Of a stretch of 64,000 nt of DNA, positions 27,566 through 44,199 are shown piece by piece. Below the pieces are notes generated by a model. The model ran no database searches. It worked only from the letters and a program-made list of their open reading frames with translations, and had not been told where the DNA came from. Origin of the DNA: Octopus vulgaris (lineage: Eukaryota); the NCBI GenBank assembly GCA_951406725.2, contig OX597824.1, positions 31,930,001 through 31,994,000 on the forward strand, given 5' to 3'. The number at the start of each line of letters is the position of its first letter. Positions within the stretch are counted from its first letter, which is position 1. Position numbers and translations under genes: made by a program.

Positions 27566-27823
27566 ACAGTAATATAATTTTTCTCAAACACTTTAACAGA
27601 GCAAGAAGATGGGAGCTGTCATCTCACTCTTGTCCTTTATTGTAAACAGACACAGGCCTCTAGTCTTAGATTTAGTAGTTGATAAAGAGATATATGAATT
27701 AGAAAGCTGTAACCCCAATGGGTTTCATGCGATTCTTGAAAATGTAGTCTATTCTTAGCTCCAATAGCAACAACATTAATTTCTTCCATCTTGTGGACTT
27801 GGTATATAAAAACGGAAAGAAGC

Positions 27824-27912
<89 letters not shown>

Positions 27913-27938
27913 GTATGTATGTATGTATGTACATGCAC

Positions 27939-27969
<31 letters not shown>

Positions 27970-28637
27970 TCAACATCACAATCAAGGAACGGCCATTTAT
28001 AGGCCATTCACCCACTAGAAATAACAGCCAAAGCTTCAACCGCAAAATAACATTAATTCCGCAAACCAGGAGAAAATTAAAAAACATTTACCCTGTAATT
28101 TCTTATACGATGCACCGTTTCATCTACTGTTTAATGGTAAACTAACCTGATTAAATTAAATCAAGCCAATCTTCCATAGGCCCTTAGATTCGTCAGTAAG
28201 AAATAGCCACATCGGAACAGATATTTTCACGAGGCATTTTTGTCCCTGCCTCGGCAATATCTGACCTAAAATTTTCAAATCATCGCACTCGCGCCAAATT
28301 TATCGGCAGCAAATAAATATAAGCCGCCGATTCCATTACGGAATCAACCAGAAAATTCATAATTAATCAATATAGGGTGCCAAAAAAATTTTGTAGAATT
28401 TTTTTGCCACCAGCGGCCTATATTGATTAATTATATATATATATAGCTATATCTCTTTGACTGCTATTTCTAAATTCGGTGTGTTGGTGAGGCAACTCGT
28501 TGCTAAACCCTTAATTACTTAGTATATATATATATATATGTATGTATGTATATGCATATATACATATATATATGATGGGCTTCTTGAGAAAAATTATATT
28601 GTGTACAACTCGTTAAAATTCTATTTATGTATTTGTG

Positions 28638-28724
28638 CAGCTGATGATGGCACTCCATTTAAATTGAGGTAATGATTGCATTGTTCAATTAAAGGGTTGT
28701 ACTGCAACGCTACTTGATATCCTG
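28638..28724 (+). ncRNA. Degenerate long-stem-II hammerhead motif (second copy 30932-31018)
   Basis: cag-CTGATGA-long imperfect hairpin-GCAA (for GAAA)-...TC-ctg, inside a short TA-flanked insert. Confidence 0.4.
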
Positions 28725-28901
28725 TTGATTATTTTGATTTAATTCACCTTACTTTGAGCTGTGCTGATAATATTAGATTGACTTGGTGCTTCAACAGAAG
28801 TACCTAATTCAACTGAATCTCAAATATATAATATATATATATATACATATATAATTATATTTATATAAATATATATATATGTGTGTGTGTGTGTGTGTAT
28901 G

Positions 28902-29885
<984 letters not shown>

Positions 29886-30143
29886 ACAGTAATATAATTT
29901 TTCTCAAACACTTTAACAGAGCAAGAAGATGGGAGCTGTCATCTCACTCTTGTCCTTTATTGTAAACAGACACAGGCCTCTAGTCTTAGATTTAGTAGTT
30001 GATAAAGAGATATATGAATTAGAAAGCTGTAACCCCAATGGGTTTCATGCGATTCTTGAAAATGTAGTCTATTCTTAGCTCCAATAGCAACAACATTAAT
30101 TTCTTCCATCTTGTGGACTTGGTATATAAAAACGGAAAGAAGC

Positions 30144-30206
<63 letters not shown>

Positions 30207-30232
30207 GTATGTATGTATGTATGTACATGCAC

Positions 30233-30263
<31 letters not shown>

Positions 30264-31162
30264 TCAACATCACAATCAAGGAACGGCCATTTATAGGCCA
30301 TTCACCCACTAGAAATAACAGCCAAAGCTTCAACCGCAAAATAACATTAATTCCGCAAACCAGGAGAAAATTAAAAAACATTTACCCTGTAATTTCTTAT
30401 ACGATGCACCGTTTCATCTACTGTTTAATGGTAAACTAACCTGATTAAATTAAATCAAGCCAATCTTCCATAGGCCCTTAGATTCGTCAGTAAGAAATAG
30501 CCACATCGGAACAGATATTTTCACGAGGCATTTTTGTCCCTGCCTCGGCAATATCTGACCTAAAATTTTCAAATCATCGCACTCGCGCCAAATTTATCGG
30601 CAGCAAATAAATATAAGCCGCCGATTCCATTACGGAATCAACCAGAAAATTCATAATTAATCAATATAGGGTGCCAAAAAAATTTTGTAGAATTTTTTTG
30701 CCACCAGCGGCCTATATTGATTAATTATATATATATATAGCTATATCTCTTTGACTGCTATTTCTAAATTCGGTGTGTTGGTGAGGCAACTCGTTGCTAA
30801 ACCCTTAATTACTTAGTATATATATATATATATGTATGTATGTATATGCATATATACATATATATATGATGGGCTTCTTGAGAAAAATTATATTGTGTAC
30901 AACTCGTTAAAATTCTATTTATGTATTTGTGCAGCTGATGATGGCACTCCATTTAAATTGAGGTAATGATTGCATTGTTCAATTAAAGGGTTGTACTGCA
31001 ACGCTACTTGATATCCTGTTGATTATTTTGATTTAATTCACCTTACTTTGAGCTGTGCTGATAATATTAGATTGACTTGGTGCTTCAACAGAAGTACCTA
31101 ATTCAACTGAATCTCAAATATATAATATATATATATATACATATATAATTATATTTATATAC

Positions 31163-33308
<2,146 letters not shown>

Positions 33309-33352
33309 TATATATATATATGTAAATATAATATATATACATACATACATAC

Positions 33353-33404
<52 letters not shown>

Positions 33405-33482
33405 GTGTGTAAATCAATGCATGCTAGCTTGGAAAGCAGATGCTAAATGATGATGATGATATATATATATATATATATATAT

Positions 33483-33580
33483 GTAGGTCCCGGGTTGATT
33501 CGGGGTTAACCACAGTAAGTAAGGTACTCAATACTTCCTGAAGATTTCTCTTGAATGAAACAGTACTAGTCCTTCTATAT

Positions 33581-33586
<6 letters not shown>
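33483..33586. mobile_element. Short pLTR-like insert with HHR-like core; derivative of 62179-62378
   Basis: Shares gtag(g/t)tcccgggttgattcggggttaaccacagtaagtaaggtactcaatac and cctgaagatttctcttgaatgaaacagtactagtc with 62179-62378. Confidence 0.7.
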
Positions 33587-33623
<37 letters not shown>

Positions 33624-33655
33624 TATATATATGTAAATATAATGTATATAAATAC

Positions 33656-33712
<57 letters not shown>

Positions 33713-33905
33713 TATATTTATATGTGTGTAAATCATAGCATGCTTGCATGGAAAGCGGATGCTAAATGATGATGATGATTATATATATATATATATATAT
33801 ATACATATATAATTTTAATCCAAACGGGAAACAAAAAAACAACAACAATGGAACAATTACAGTATTATTATTAATAGGCGCTCAGGAAATGGAAGCAGGG
33901 AGGTA

Positions 33906-33934
33906 TGACGTTTCGAGCGGAGCTCTTCGTCGGA
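33906..33934 (-). ncRNA. Minimal PLE-type hammerhead motif
   Basis: tt-CCGACGA-a-gagc-tcc-gctc-GAAA-cg-TC-a. Stem II is perfect and stem III is a minimal palindrome (acgt); the first box has one U>C change. Confidence 0.65.
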
Positions 33935-34639
33935 AACATAAAGAAGGAAGAGAGAGGAAAGAAAGATCCCAGAGCGGGCAACGGGGATAGAGAAAAAAAA
34001 CGACTGGTGTTTAGGAGTTACACATGGTGAAAGGCGGATGTTTACGATAACAAGAGCAAAGTGGGTTTTTAAAGGCAAAAGAGTGGAGACAAGGTTGGTA
34101 ACGCAACAGATGTGTGTGTATGTGTGTGTGCGTGTGCGTGTGTGTATGTGTGTGTGTGAGGCGAGATAAAAAAACAAAAAATATATGTATGTGTTAGTGT
34201 GTGCGTCTGTGTGTAGGCGTGTGAGGTAGGGCGAGACGGTGGTCAGCATAGCAGCAGCATAGCAGACAAAGGTCAGTAGTAAGAAAAGGAAGGAAGGGAG
34301 GGAAGGGAGGGAGGGGAAGGGGTGGGGGCGTCTGTAGCGTGCCAGCGTGTGTTGAGTAGTAGTGTGTGTGTCCAGTGTCGTGGTAGTATTAATGGCGAGT
34401 AGATTGAATGTGTGTAAGAGTAATGTATATATTTAAGCAATGTGTGTATATGTGTGCGCGTGTGTGTAACGAAAAAGGGGGGGGTTAAGGAAAAGGACTC
34501 CAGCTGAGGGGAAGATGGAAGAGTGGTTCCGCGGAGACGGGCGTGGGAAAACCCAACGACAAGCGACGATCCCAGGAACGGGCGGGAGGTCTCGTCGGGT
34601 CCAAGGGCGAGGTGCATGCGGCGCGTATGCGTGCGCCTG

Positions 34640-36740
34640 CGAGTCTGCGCGTAAGTATGTGTGTGTGTGGATGTGTGAGTGTGTCTGTGTGTATGTCTGG
34701 GTGGCAGTGTGTCCGATGAATGTATGTGAGTATGTGTGTATATATGTGTGTGCATAGATGTATGTCCGTGTGTGTGTGTGTGTGTGTATGTGTATGAGTG
34801 TGTATGTATGTACGTGTGGGTGTGGGGAAGTGTGTGTATGTGCATGTGTGTGCGCGAACATACAGGTGTGTGAGTGAGTGTGTGTGTGTGTATGTATGTG
34901 TGAGTGTGTATGTATGTGTGTGTAGGATGCATGTATGTGTATGGGTGTATGTATGCGTGTGTGTATGTATGTATGTGTACGTGCGTGTGTGTGTGTGTAT
35001 GCGTGTAGGTGTGCGCGTGTGCATGCATGCATGCATGTGCGTATGTGTGTGTGTGTGCATGTGTGTGGGTATATATGTATGTGCGTATATGTGTGTGTAT
35101 GTGCGTACATGTGTGTGTGTATGCATGTGTGTGTGTAGGTGTGTAGGCGTGTGTGTATAGGTGTATGTATGTAAGTATGTATGGGTGTGTCCGTGTATGT
35201 GTGTGTATGTATGTGTGTGTATGTAGCTGTGTGGGCGTGTGTATATGTGTGTGTATGTAGGTGTGTGGGCGTGTGTATATAGGTGTATGTATGTATGTCT
35301 GGGTGTGTCCGTGCATGTTTGTGTGTGCGTGAGTATGCATGTGTATGTAGGTGTGTGTGTACGTGTGTAATGTATGTGTGTATGCGTGTGTATGCGTGCG
35401 TGTGTGTATGTAGGTGCGTGTGTATGTGTGTGGGAGTGTAGGTGTGTGTGTGCGTGTGCGTGTTTATGTTGGTGTGTGCGTATGTGAGTGTGAGTGTATG
35501 GGTGTTTGTCATGCATGTGTGTGCGCGTGCAGGTGAGTGTGTGTGTAAGTATGTGTGTGTGTATGTTTGTGTGAGTGTGTATGTGTGTATGTCTGTGTGT
35601 ATGTATGTGCGTATAGGAGTATGTAGGTATGTGTGTGTGTATGTATATGGGTGTATGTATGTATGTGTGTGTGTGTGTGCATGTGTATAAGTATATGCGT
35701 GTGTGTGTATGTGTATGTGTGTGTGTTTATGTATGTGTGTATGTATGTGTGTAGGCGTGAGTGTGTAGATGTATGTATGTATGGGTGTGTGTTTGTGTGT
35801 GTGTGTAGGTAGATGTGTGTGTCTGAGTGAGGGTATGGCTGTGTAGGTGTGTGTGTGTATGAATGTAAGTGTGTGTGTATACAAGTGTGATGTATGTATG
35901 TAGGTGTGTGTGTGTGTGTGTATGTGTACGTGTGCGTGTGTATGTGTGTGTGTGTATGCGTGTGAGTGTGAGTGTATGGGTGTATGTCTGTGTGTGTGTA
36001 TGTCTGAAGTGGGTATGTGTGTGTATGTATGTATGTGTGTGTGTGTGCGGGTATGTGTGTGTATGTGTGTGTGTGAGTAGGTGTGCGTGTATGTATGTGG
36101 GTAGGGATGCATGCGAGTGTGTGGGTATGTATGCATACATACGCATGCGCACATCCGAAGCAAGCCCACACACACGAAGCGCGCTCACGCACACAACGCA
36201 CAAGCAGTACAACGCAAGCCCAAAGGGGCCGACCAAGCCCCCAGCGCGCGCCAAGGCGCGTGAGCGCAAAGGCCCTCGAAAGCCCCGCTACGCGGGAACC
36301 GAGGATCCATCAGCCATAACAGGAAAGCAGAAAAGAGGGGGGGCTGCCTGGATGCAAAAAGGTGTATGTGTGTGTGCATTCAGTGTACGGGTGTGCATGT
36401 GTGGGTATGTATGTATGTATGTGCCTACATGTATGTGTGCATGTGTGTGTGTGTGAAGTATGTACGTGCGGTGTGTGTGTGTGAGTGTGTGTGTATGTAT
36501 GTGCGTATGTATGTGTGTGTGTATGTGTGTATGTATGTCTGTGTGTGTGTGTGTGTGTGTAAGTATGTATGCGTGTGTGTATGTATGTATGTGTGTGTGT
36601 ATGTGCATGTTGGTTTGTATGTTAGTGTGTGCATGTGTGTCTGTAAGTGTGTGTGATTAAATGTGTGAATGTATGTACGTAGATGGGTCTACGTATGTGT
36701 GTGTGTGAACAGGCGTGTGGGAGGTAGGTGGGTGGGTGTG
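34640..36740. repeat. About 2-kb degenerate (GT)n/(GTAT)n low-complexity tract inside the PLE 3' UTR
   Basis: Seen directly; it is the source of the His/Thr-rich pseudo-ORFs. Confidence 0.93.
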
Positions 36741-37810
36741 TGTGGGTGGTGTGTCCGGAAAAAAAAAAACGGATCTCAAGAGGAGGGGGCTGTGTTAAGT
36801 CCGTGTGGGGTGGTAGTTTGTAGGGTGAAGATGTAGCGTTGCTCCAAGTGGAGCCTGGAAAGTGGGTGACCATTGTGGGGGGCGAGACCAAACACTGAGA
36901 TGTCATCTCGGGAATGGCCGGCCGAGCGGAAGTGGCGTGCGACGGGAGAAAAAGAGTGTAGGCGAACGTCCCTCAAGTGTTCAGTGAAACGGTCGGACAA
37001 CCGGCGTCCCGTCTGTCCTACATACAGCATCCCGCATAGGTTGCATTTAATGCAGTAAATAAGGCCAGACGAGGTGCACGTAAAAGAGTGCCTAATGCGT
37101 ACAGTATGCAGGTTGGAGCCGGTGACAGCGGTGGTGCTGGTGATGAAGGGGCAAGTGTTGCAGCGGGATCTAGAGCAAGGGAATGATCCGTGTGGGACTG
37201 AGGGGGAAGGAGAGAGGGTGCTGTGGACCAGGAGGTCACGCAGATTGCGGGCTCGTTTGAAAGAGGACAGGGGTGGGTTAGGGAAAATGGGGCGGGTGGT
37301 GGGATCAAGCTGGAGGCGACGGAAGGCACGTAGTATCTTGCGACGAAGGGGTAGGGTAGAGGGGTGGAAAAGGAGGGGGAAGGGGGTGCGGTTGGGGGGT
37401 GGGCGGGGGGAAGGAGACAGGGCGGTAGTGCAGTCGATGCGACGGGCGCGGGTGAGGGCATCAGAGAGGAGTGTGGGTGGGTAACCTCGGAGTCTGAACA
37501 TGCGGGCCAGGTATTGAGATTGGGTCTCGAAATCCTAGTCGCGGCTGCACAAACGTCGGAGGCGGAGGAACTGGGAGTAGGGGATGGCTCGTTTGGTGTG
37601 GAAGGGGTGGGAGGAAGAGAAGTTGAGATAGAGGTGGGAATCCGTAGGTTTGAAGAAGGCGGTGGTGGTGAGAGAGCTGGAGGGGTGATCGATGCAGAGA
37701 GAGATGTCAAGGAAGTTGACAGAGGTGTTGGAGATGGTGGAGGTGAATTGAAGAGAGGGGTATACACACACACACACACACATATATATATGTAAATATA
37801 ATATATATAA

Positions 37811-37857
<47 letters not shown>

Positions 37858-37865
37858 CATACATA

Positions 37866-38261
37866 TCTTTATATATAAAAATAAGGTTGTGTGCTGTCTG
37901 TCTCCTACGATTTAGATTCCTAACTACTCCCACATTTTGCGGTGCAGTTTAACCAAAACCGGATATCTTATAGTCGTGATTCATATCAAGCCCTTCTGGG
38001 TATTAGCGCGCGTCTATGATGAGTCTACGATTTAAAAAAATTTACCATCAATTTTTCCCATTTTAATGCATTTTTGGCATATATAAGGGAAGTAACTCTC
38101 TAAAAATTTATTATTAAATCTCAGAACGTAAAAATCTACAGTAACCCCCCCCCCCCTTTGTGGTTAGCCATGTTGAGATGGCTATTATACTTTACATCTC
38201 TAAAAATGCTTATATAGTTATTTCCCTTACAAACCCGAGCAACGCCGGGCGATACTGCTAG
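37866..38261 (+). mobile_element. Non-autonomous Helitron (family H1)
   Basis: 5' TCtttatatataaa, 3' hairpin cccgagcaacgccggg followed by CTAG. Inserted between A and T, no TSD. Confidence 0.88.
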
Positions 38262-38439
38262 TTATATATATTTTAGGAGTACTACTGCATTACTTAAATC
38301 CATATATTGTGATTTAAATTTACACACACACCCAACAGGCTTCTTTCAGTTTCCATCAGCCAAATCCAATAACATGGCTTAGGTCAACCAGGGTCTATAT
38401 GGTTGAAAAATGACTTTTTTACCACACAGCTTTGCTTGC

Positions 38440-38498
<59 letters not shown>

Positions 38499-39475
38499 TG
38501 TGTGTGTGTGTGCGTGTGGCTCATGCATTTTATCAAACATACAGTAACAAAAGGTTCTTAAAACATAGGTTTTTGTATACATTAGTTGTATCAATTATAC
38601 TTTGTACATCAGATTTATTTCACCACCACTCCCTTTGGAAGGAGGTTATTTTTCATACTTGAATACCTTTCCCAATATTAATATTCCTTACTATGAGCTA
38701 AAACTAATACTTATCATCTGGCCAGAAATTAGATTGAAGTCAAAAATTGAAGTTAAATTCCATATCTTGCCAAGTAGATAACTTTTGACCTAACCATATC
38801 TTAACCACTTAGCAGCTAATATGTCTAACGTGTATTAGAATTGACAGAAATTTCAACAAAAACAAAATAAACAAACAAACAGCCAAAATGTCTGAAAGCG
38901 TCGCTTATCTAGATAAGTGAAATCATAATGTATTTAAAATAATCAAGTAAAATGAAAATATTAAGTATTTTGTTCCTGGTGAAATAAGAGAGACAGACAG
39001 ACAAACAGGGAGAGAGAGAGAGACAGAGATGTTGGGAAAAAAAGAGAATAGAACTTTGGATTCATCTCAAAGATTAGCAATTACTCAAGTATAAGAATTG
39101 GAACCAAAAATCAAATTGGAATTAATCAGACAATTTAAAAAAATCTTAGCATTTCAAGGTACAGGACACAAATTTTTTTAATAATTCAGAGATTATAGAT
39201 AACATATCTTTGTCCTGTACATCTAGAGGAACAAAGGGAAAAGAAAAGAATGAGCAAGTGTTGGTTGCAGCCAGTTTAACTAATAGAAGAATTCTGAATA
39301 ATGTAATGGTTATTGTTGTTGTTCTTGTTGTTGCTATCTTAGTTTCTCTTGGTTGCGAAAGCCTGTGCTCTAAGACATTCTAATTTATGGGATTCCTGTC
39401 TTTTAAAAAATGTCTATATTACCAAATGAGTCATCCCTTGTTTTAAAAATGGTGGATTATTTGGTTGATATTTCT

Positions 39476-39856
39476 TAAGGTTGTGTGCTGTCTGTCTCCT
39501 ATGATTTAGATTCCTAACAACTCCCACATTTTGCGGTGCAATTCAACCAAAACCGGATATCTTATAGTCGTGATTCATATCGAGCCCTTCTGGGTATTAG
39601 CGCGCGTCTATGATGAGTCTACGATTTAAAAAAAACTTTACCATCAATTTTTCCCATTTTAATGCATTTTTGGCATATATAAGGGAAGTAACTCTCTAAA
39701 AATTTATTATTAAATCTCAGAACGTATAAAGCTACAGTAACACCCCCCCCCTTTGTGGCTAGCCATATTGAGATGGCTATTATACTTTACATCTCTAAAA
39801 ATGCTTATATAGTTATTTCCCTTACAAACCTGAGCAAAGCCGGGCAATACTGCTAG
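39476..39856 (+). mobile_element. Helitron H1 copy
   Basis: Near-identical to 37866-38261 and ends in CTAG. Confidence 0.85.
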
Positions 39857-39889
<33 letters not shown>

Positions 39890-39895
39890 ATATAT

Positions 39896-39948
<53 letters not shown>

Positions 39949-39968
39949 CACATACATATATATATATA

Positions 39969-41145
39969 CTAGACAGTATCGCCCGGCGTTGCTCGGGTTT
40001 GTAAGGGAAATAACTATATAAGCATTTTTAGAGAGTTATAGCCAAAAAATAGCAAAAAAAATGCATTAAAAATTTTTAAAAGTTTAAGGTAAATTTTTTT
40101 TTAAATCGTTGACACATCGTAGATATTTTTAGAGAGTTACTTCCCTTATATAAAAGCGAAAAAAATGCATTAAAATGGAAAAATATGATGGTAAATTTTT
40201 TTTAAATCGTAGACTCATCGTAGACGCGCGCTAATACCCAGAAGGGCTCGATATGAATCACGACTATAAGATACCCGCTTTTGGTTAAACTGCACCGCAA
40301 AATGTGGGAGTAGTTATGAATCTAAATCGTAGGAGACAGACACACAACTTCACTCTTATTTAAAGTTGCTTTTTTTTTCAGTCATAGAGTTAGATTTATG
40401 AAGGTCTCCAGTAGAAAATCCTTCGAATTCTGACTCGCTGCTTGATATAATGAAATTCGTATCCATTTTTTGTCAGAATTACAAATTTTGAAAACACAAT
40501 AGGAACAAATTTCGGAAAAAAATCTCCCATAATTCACGGAATTAAAATTACACTTCGATTTTTGTACAAAACTGTATTTGAAGTGTTTACGAAGTATAAT
40601 ACGTGTTTTCACGAATGTACTAAAGAGATTTACTCTGATATTCTCATTTAAATATGAATAGGTAAATTCGGGCGGTTTGGTAACGAAAGGATTTATATAA
40701 GTGTCGTCTGTTTATACATAAACACTGTTTCATACTTTCAGTTTAGTCTTCCTCAAATCACTCTGTCGCTATTTACTCTCTTCCAAGAACATTTTCACTC
40801 ACTGTTATCTGTTAGCTTGCCATACATTTTACTCATGTATCTATCAGCGTGATAGACAGAAACAAATATTACATCTAGTTTCACTTTATTCGTTGCACAC
40901 TGTGTGTGTGCGTTTGTGTGTGCTGTAAACCAGACTAAGAAAAGCATTTGACATACACACCAGAATGTGAGTTTTCTGTAAATTTTGCTTAATTGGAGTT
41001 TAAATTTTAAAAACTGGACCTGGCAAAACCCGATGCATTCTACTCTTAAAAATGCTAGGTAAATTGTAATTGAAGAAATCCTATATTGTAGATTTCTATA
41101 ACTGACAAAGGGAGGCAGATAAAATCTGCCTTTTATAATAAGAGA
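39969..41145 (-). mobile_element. Composite non-autonomous Helitron (H1 3' module plus additional 5' module)
   Basis: CTAG and hairpin at 39969-39997. The distal 5' end tctcttattataaaaggcagattttatctgcc at 41145 is shared with 50966 and 53390. Confidence 0.8.
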
Positions 41146-41576
41146 TATATATATATATATATTAGGGAACTATTAGACCTGACACCGTGTATTAGCCACT
41201 GTTTTCAAAGTGATGAATAGCTTTTTGCGGAAACCATGGTTCGCTTTGTTTTCTGACTTTATTATCATCCTATAATCATCTCCTAACAATGACTTTTATG
41301 ACTTTTATTACTACCTCAGTCCATCTAAATGTATATATTTGTCGTTACCTGTTATAAAAAGTCTTTTTTATTTGCAATGAGCATTTTCATTGATTTTTCA
41401 TCTTTTACTCTTACATTTCCACGTGTATTTTATAATTTCTTTTTGTGACATATTTCTACTATATATATATATCTTTATATGTGTGTAAATATAATATTAT
41501 ATATATAAGAATTTTTTTGCGTAATGAGATAAAAAAACCAAGGCTGTGTAGATATTAGAACATTTATAGATAGAAA

Positions 41577-41628
41577 GTCTTACACCTGTTTCCAGGATAT
41601 TTGTTAATTATATCCCTTCATCAGAGAC
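41577..41628 (-). ncRNA. Type I hammerhead ribozyme
   Basis: gtct-CTGATGA-agggatat-aattaacaa-atatcctg-GAAA-caggtg-TA-agac. Confidence 0.8.
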
Positions 41629-41932
41629 GGTGTGAGAGGATGGTTAAGTCATAATTAGTTTAGATGTGATACAAAATAGAGAGTGAGGTGGAAGAATGAA
41701 AATTGATGCAAGATATGTAGGGATATTGAAGTTTTAGATCCATTTTTTAAGGCAGAATTGTATATATGTCATATTCCAATACCCTATGAGTAAAGTCCAA
41801 AAGTCCAACAGAGTTTTAAATGGGTCCTTCCAAATATAGAGTTTATACACTATGTATGATTCCCTTATGAATGAGATCTAGCAGTTTTTGAAGTTGGTCA
41901 TGTATTACAACACATATTTTTGATATATATAA

Positions 41933-41973
<41 letters not shown>

Positions 41974-42100
41974 TTTGTATCTATGTATGCATTTATATGT
42001 GGATGTATGTATGCATTCTGTTATTTTAGTTTAGGGGTAACTTTAACTAATCATCTACTTAGTAGCAAAGTTGTGAAAGAAAACATTTTGTGTAAATATA

Positions 42101-42144
<44 letters not shown>

Positions 42145-42212
42145 AATTTTTTTGTGTAATGAGATAAAAAAAACCAAGGCTGTGTAGATATTAGAACATT
42201 TATAGATAGAAA

Positions 42213-42264
42213 GTCTTACACCTGTTTCCAGGATATGTGTTAATTATATCCCTTCATCAGAGAC
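42213..42264 (-). ncRNA. Type I hammerhead ribozyme (tandem copy)
   Basis: Same as 41577-41628 with one substitution in the stem II loop. Confidence 0.8.
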
Positions 42265-43195
42265 GGTGTGAGAGGATGGTTAAGTCATAATTAGTTTAGA
42301 TGTGATACAAAATAGAGTGTGAGGTGGAAGAATGAAAATTGATGCAAGATATGTAGGGATATTGAAGTTTTAGATCCATTTTTTTAAGGCAGAATTGTAT
42401 ATATGTCATATTCCAATACCCTATGAGTAAAGTCCAACAGAGTTTTAAATGGGTCCTTCCAAATATAGAGTTTATACACTATGTATGATTCCCTTATGAA
42501 TGAGATCTAGCAGTTTTTGAACTTGGTCATTCCAAGTAGAGAATTTGTGTGTGTGTGTACATATGAAGGTATGTTTGATTGTTGGTATGGCTGTTTTTGT
42601 ATATGTGGAATAGTATTAAAACACATATTTTTGATATATATAAGTATGTGTGTGTGTATGCGTGTGTGTGTGTGTGTGTGTGTGAATGTTTGTATCTATG
42701 TATGCATTTATGTGTGGATGTATGTATGCATTCTGTTATTTTAGTTTAGGGGTAACTTTAACTAATCATCTACTTAGTAGCAAAGTTGTGAAAGAAAACA
42801 TTTTGTGCATTTATCCTTTAAAACTTAAGAGGGTTCACAGATTTTTATTGTCTCAGTTATCACGATCATTTGCAGTTTATAAATGAAGGAGCTGTGTTCT
42901 CTCCACAAGAACCAAGAACTTTGCTCCAGACAGGATGGTGTATATCCTGTTGCTCTAATTATTTTAGGTATAAAACTGAAATATTAGGTACTGTTCTTTC
43001 TGTCAAGTACAAAGTTTGTTAATGAAAAACTGAATGGATATAAGATTTTCTACTGTGTTACTAGCTTTAACTAGATATAGTTAGTATGTGTGTAGTTATA
43101 CAGTTATTACAATAACTTTTACTCCTTTGTCTTTTTAAGCATTAAAAATGCATTGAATAACTGAGAGAAAGGGTAAATGATTAGAGAATTTTTAC

Positions 43196-43267
43196 CAGTG
43201 AATTGGTTCTGTGTTCAGGATTTGACTTCAAACCAGTAGAAATTCCAAGTATTCCAACTGCAATAAT
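43196..43267 (-). CDS. MS4A/CD20-like protein, coding exon 2 (end of TM2)
   Basis: Acceptor ttgttttgtttAG, donor GTAAAA, 72 nt: IIAVGILGISTGLKSNPEHRTNSL. It continues the TM2 helix from exon 1 (SLW|IIAVGILGI). Confidence 0.85.
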
Positions 43268-44199
43268 CTAAACAAAACAAATATTATGCAATAAAATAAT
43301 CTGCAGAGAAAAATTGGAAATATTAAAATAAATGCGAAATTTTAAACTAAAGTATTAACGAATTGAAAATAGCATCAAAAATAATAAATAACATAAATAT
43401 ATATTTTGCCTTCATCCACCATACTCCATCCAGATTGACTGTTAAAAGAACGTTAGTGTTTTCTTGATACCATTATAGCTCACTGCTACTTTCCAATAAC
43501 TCATACCACCTTCTGAGATAATTCAGGGATCTTCAAGGTGGTTTTTCATTTCTCAAATTCCATATAGGTGATAGAGCCAAATTTATTTTTTGGCATCTCT
43601 CTGTGGTCAAGTTTATCTGTCAACAGCAATGTGTTGCAAGAACACAGCCGGACCCTTTACTTGTACTAATAAATAAAGCTGAAGGGTAACCTATATTAGC
43701 AAACTGTTTATACATATGGGAATGTGATGCTGCTGTGACATGAAAATGTCCAAGAATACATTAAAAGGAAATCATAAGCGATTTGACTGGTTAGTAAATA
43801 CTTCTTCATAAATTCACTACATCAATCTGTTTAGATGGTTTGTTTCTTCTTCATCTACATACTATAAAGAACTGTTCCAAACTTACAAGCAATGGCCTAC
43901 CTCTACTTCAGCCCACCTAATGTAGTTATTTATCTTCTAGTGTCCTGATGGTGTCTGAGTCATAAATCTTCTACTAAATAATTTGCTCCATCATTCCTCA
44001 TTCGAACTCTTTCATTCTGAAATATCTGTTCTACAGAAGTTAAAGTTTTACATTAACTGCTTTAATTTTACCAGTCTGAGAGAGCCTCCATGGAGAAAAA
44101 CTTCCCCATTCACAGCTCACTTTGCACTCAACTTCATACTATGCATACTTGATCCATCTCCTTTAACCCTAACACTTTCCACTCTACCAACATCTCAAC

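Larger units (their letters stand above)
33812..37762 (-). mobile_element. 5'-truncated Neptune-type Penelope-like element (RT C-terminus + Zn linker + GIY-YIG, long 3' UTR, pLTR)
   Basis: 37762 to 36776 reads VNFLDI, KPTDSHLYLNFSSSHP, IPYSQFLRLRRLCS, (stop), RGYP, CSRSRCNTC, LIYCIKCNLCGMLYVGQT, RFTEH, VARHF and PHGLN. An HHR lies at the distal 3' end. Confidence 0.92.
41505..43140 (-). mobile_element. Decayed Penelope-like element with two tandem pLTRs (about 41505-42090, 42140-42810)
   Basis: Direct repeats with about 636-bp period, each holding an HHR. Adjacent 42810-43140 shows weak GIY-YIG-end remnants. Confidence 0.7.

Noticed and set aside
34273-36660. Long His/Thr-rich and Val/Cys-rich ORFs up to 580 aa
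   Set aside because: These are translations of (CA)/(GT) low-complexity DNA, open in several frames on both strands.
37535-37537. In-frame stop in the PLE ORF as possible selenocysteine recoding
   Set aside because: The codon is TAG, not TGA, no SECIS was identified, and the domain order is RT then endonuclease, so this is a simple nonsense mutation.
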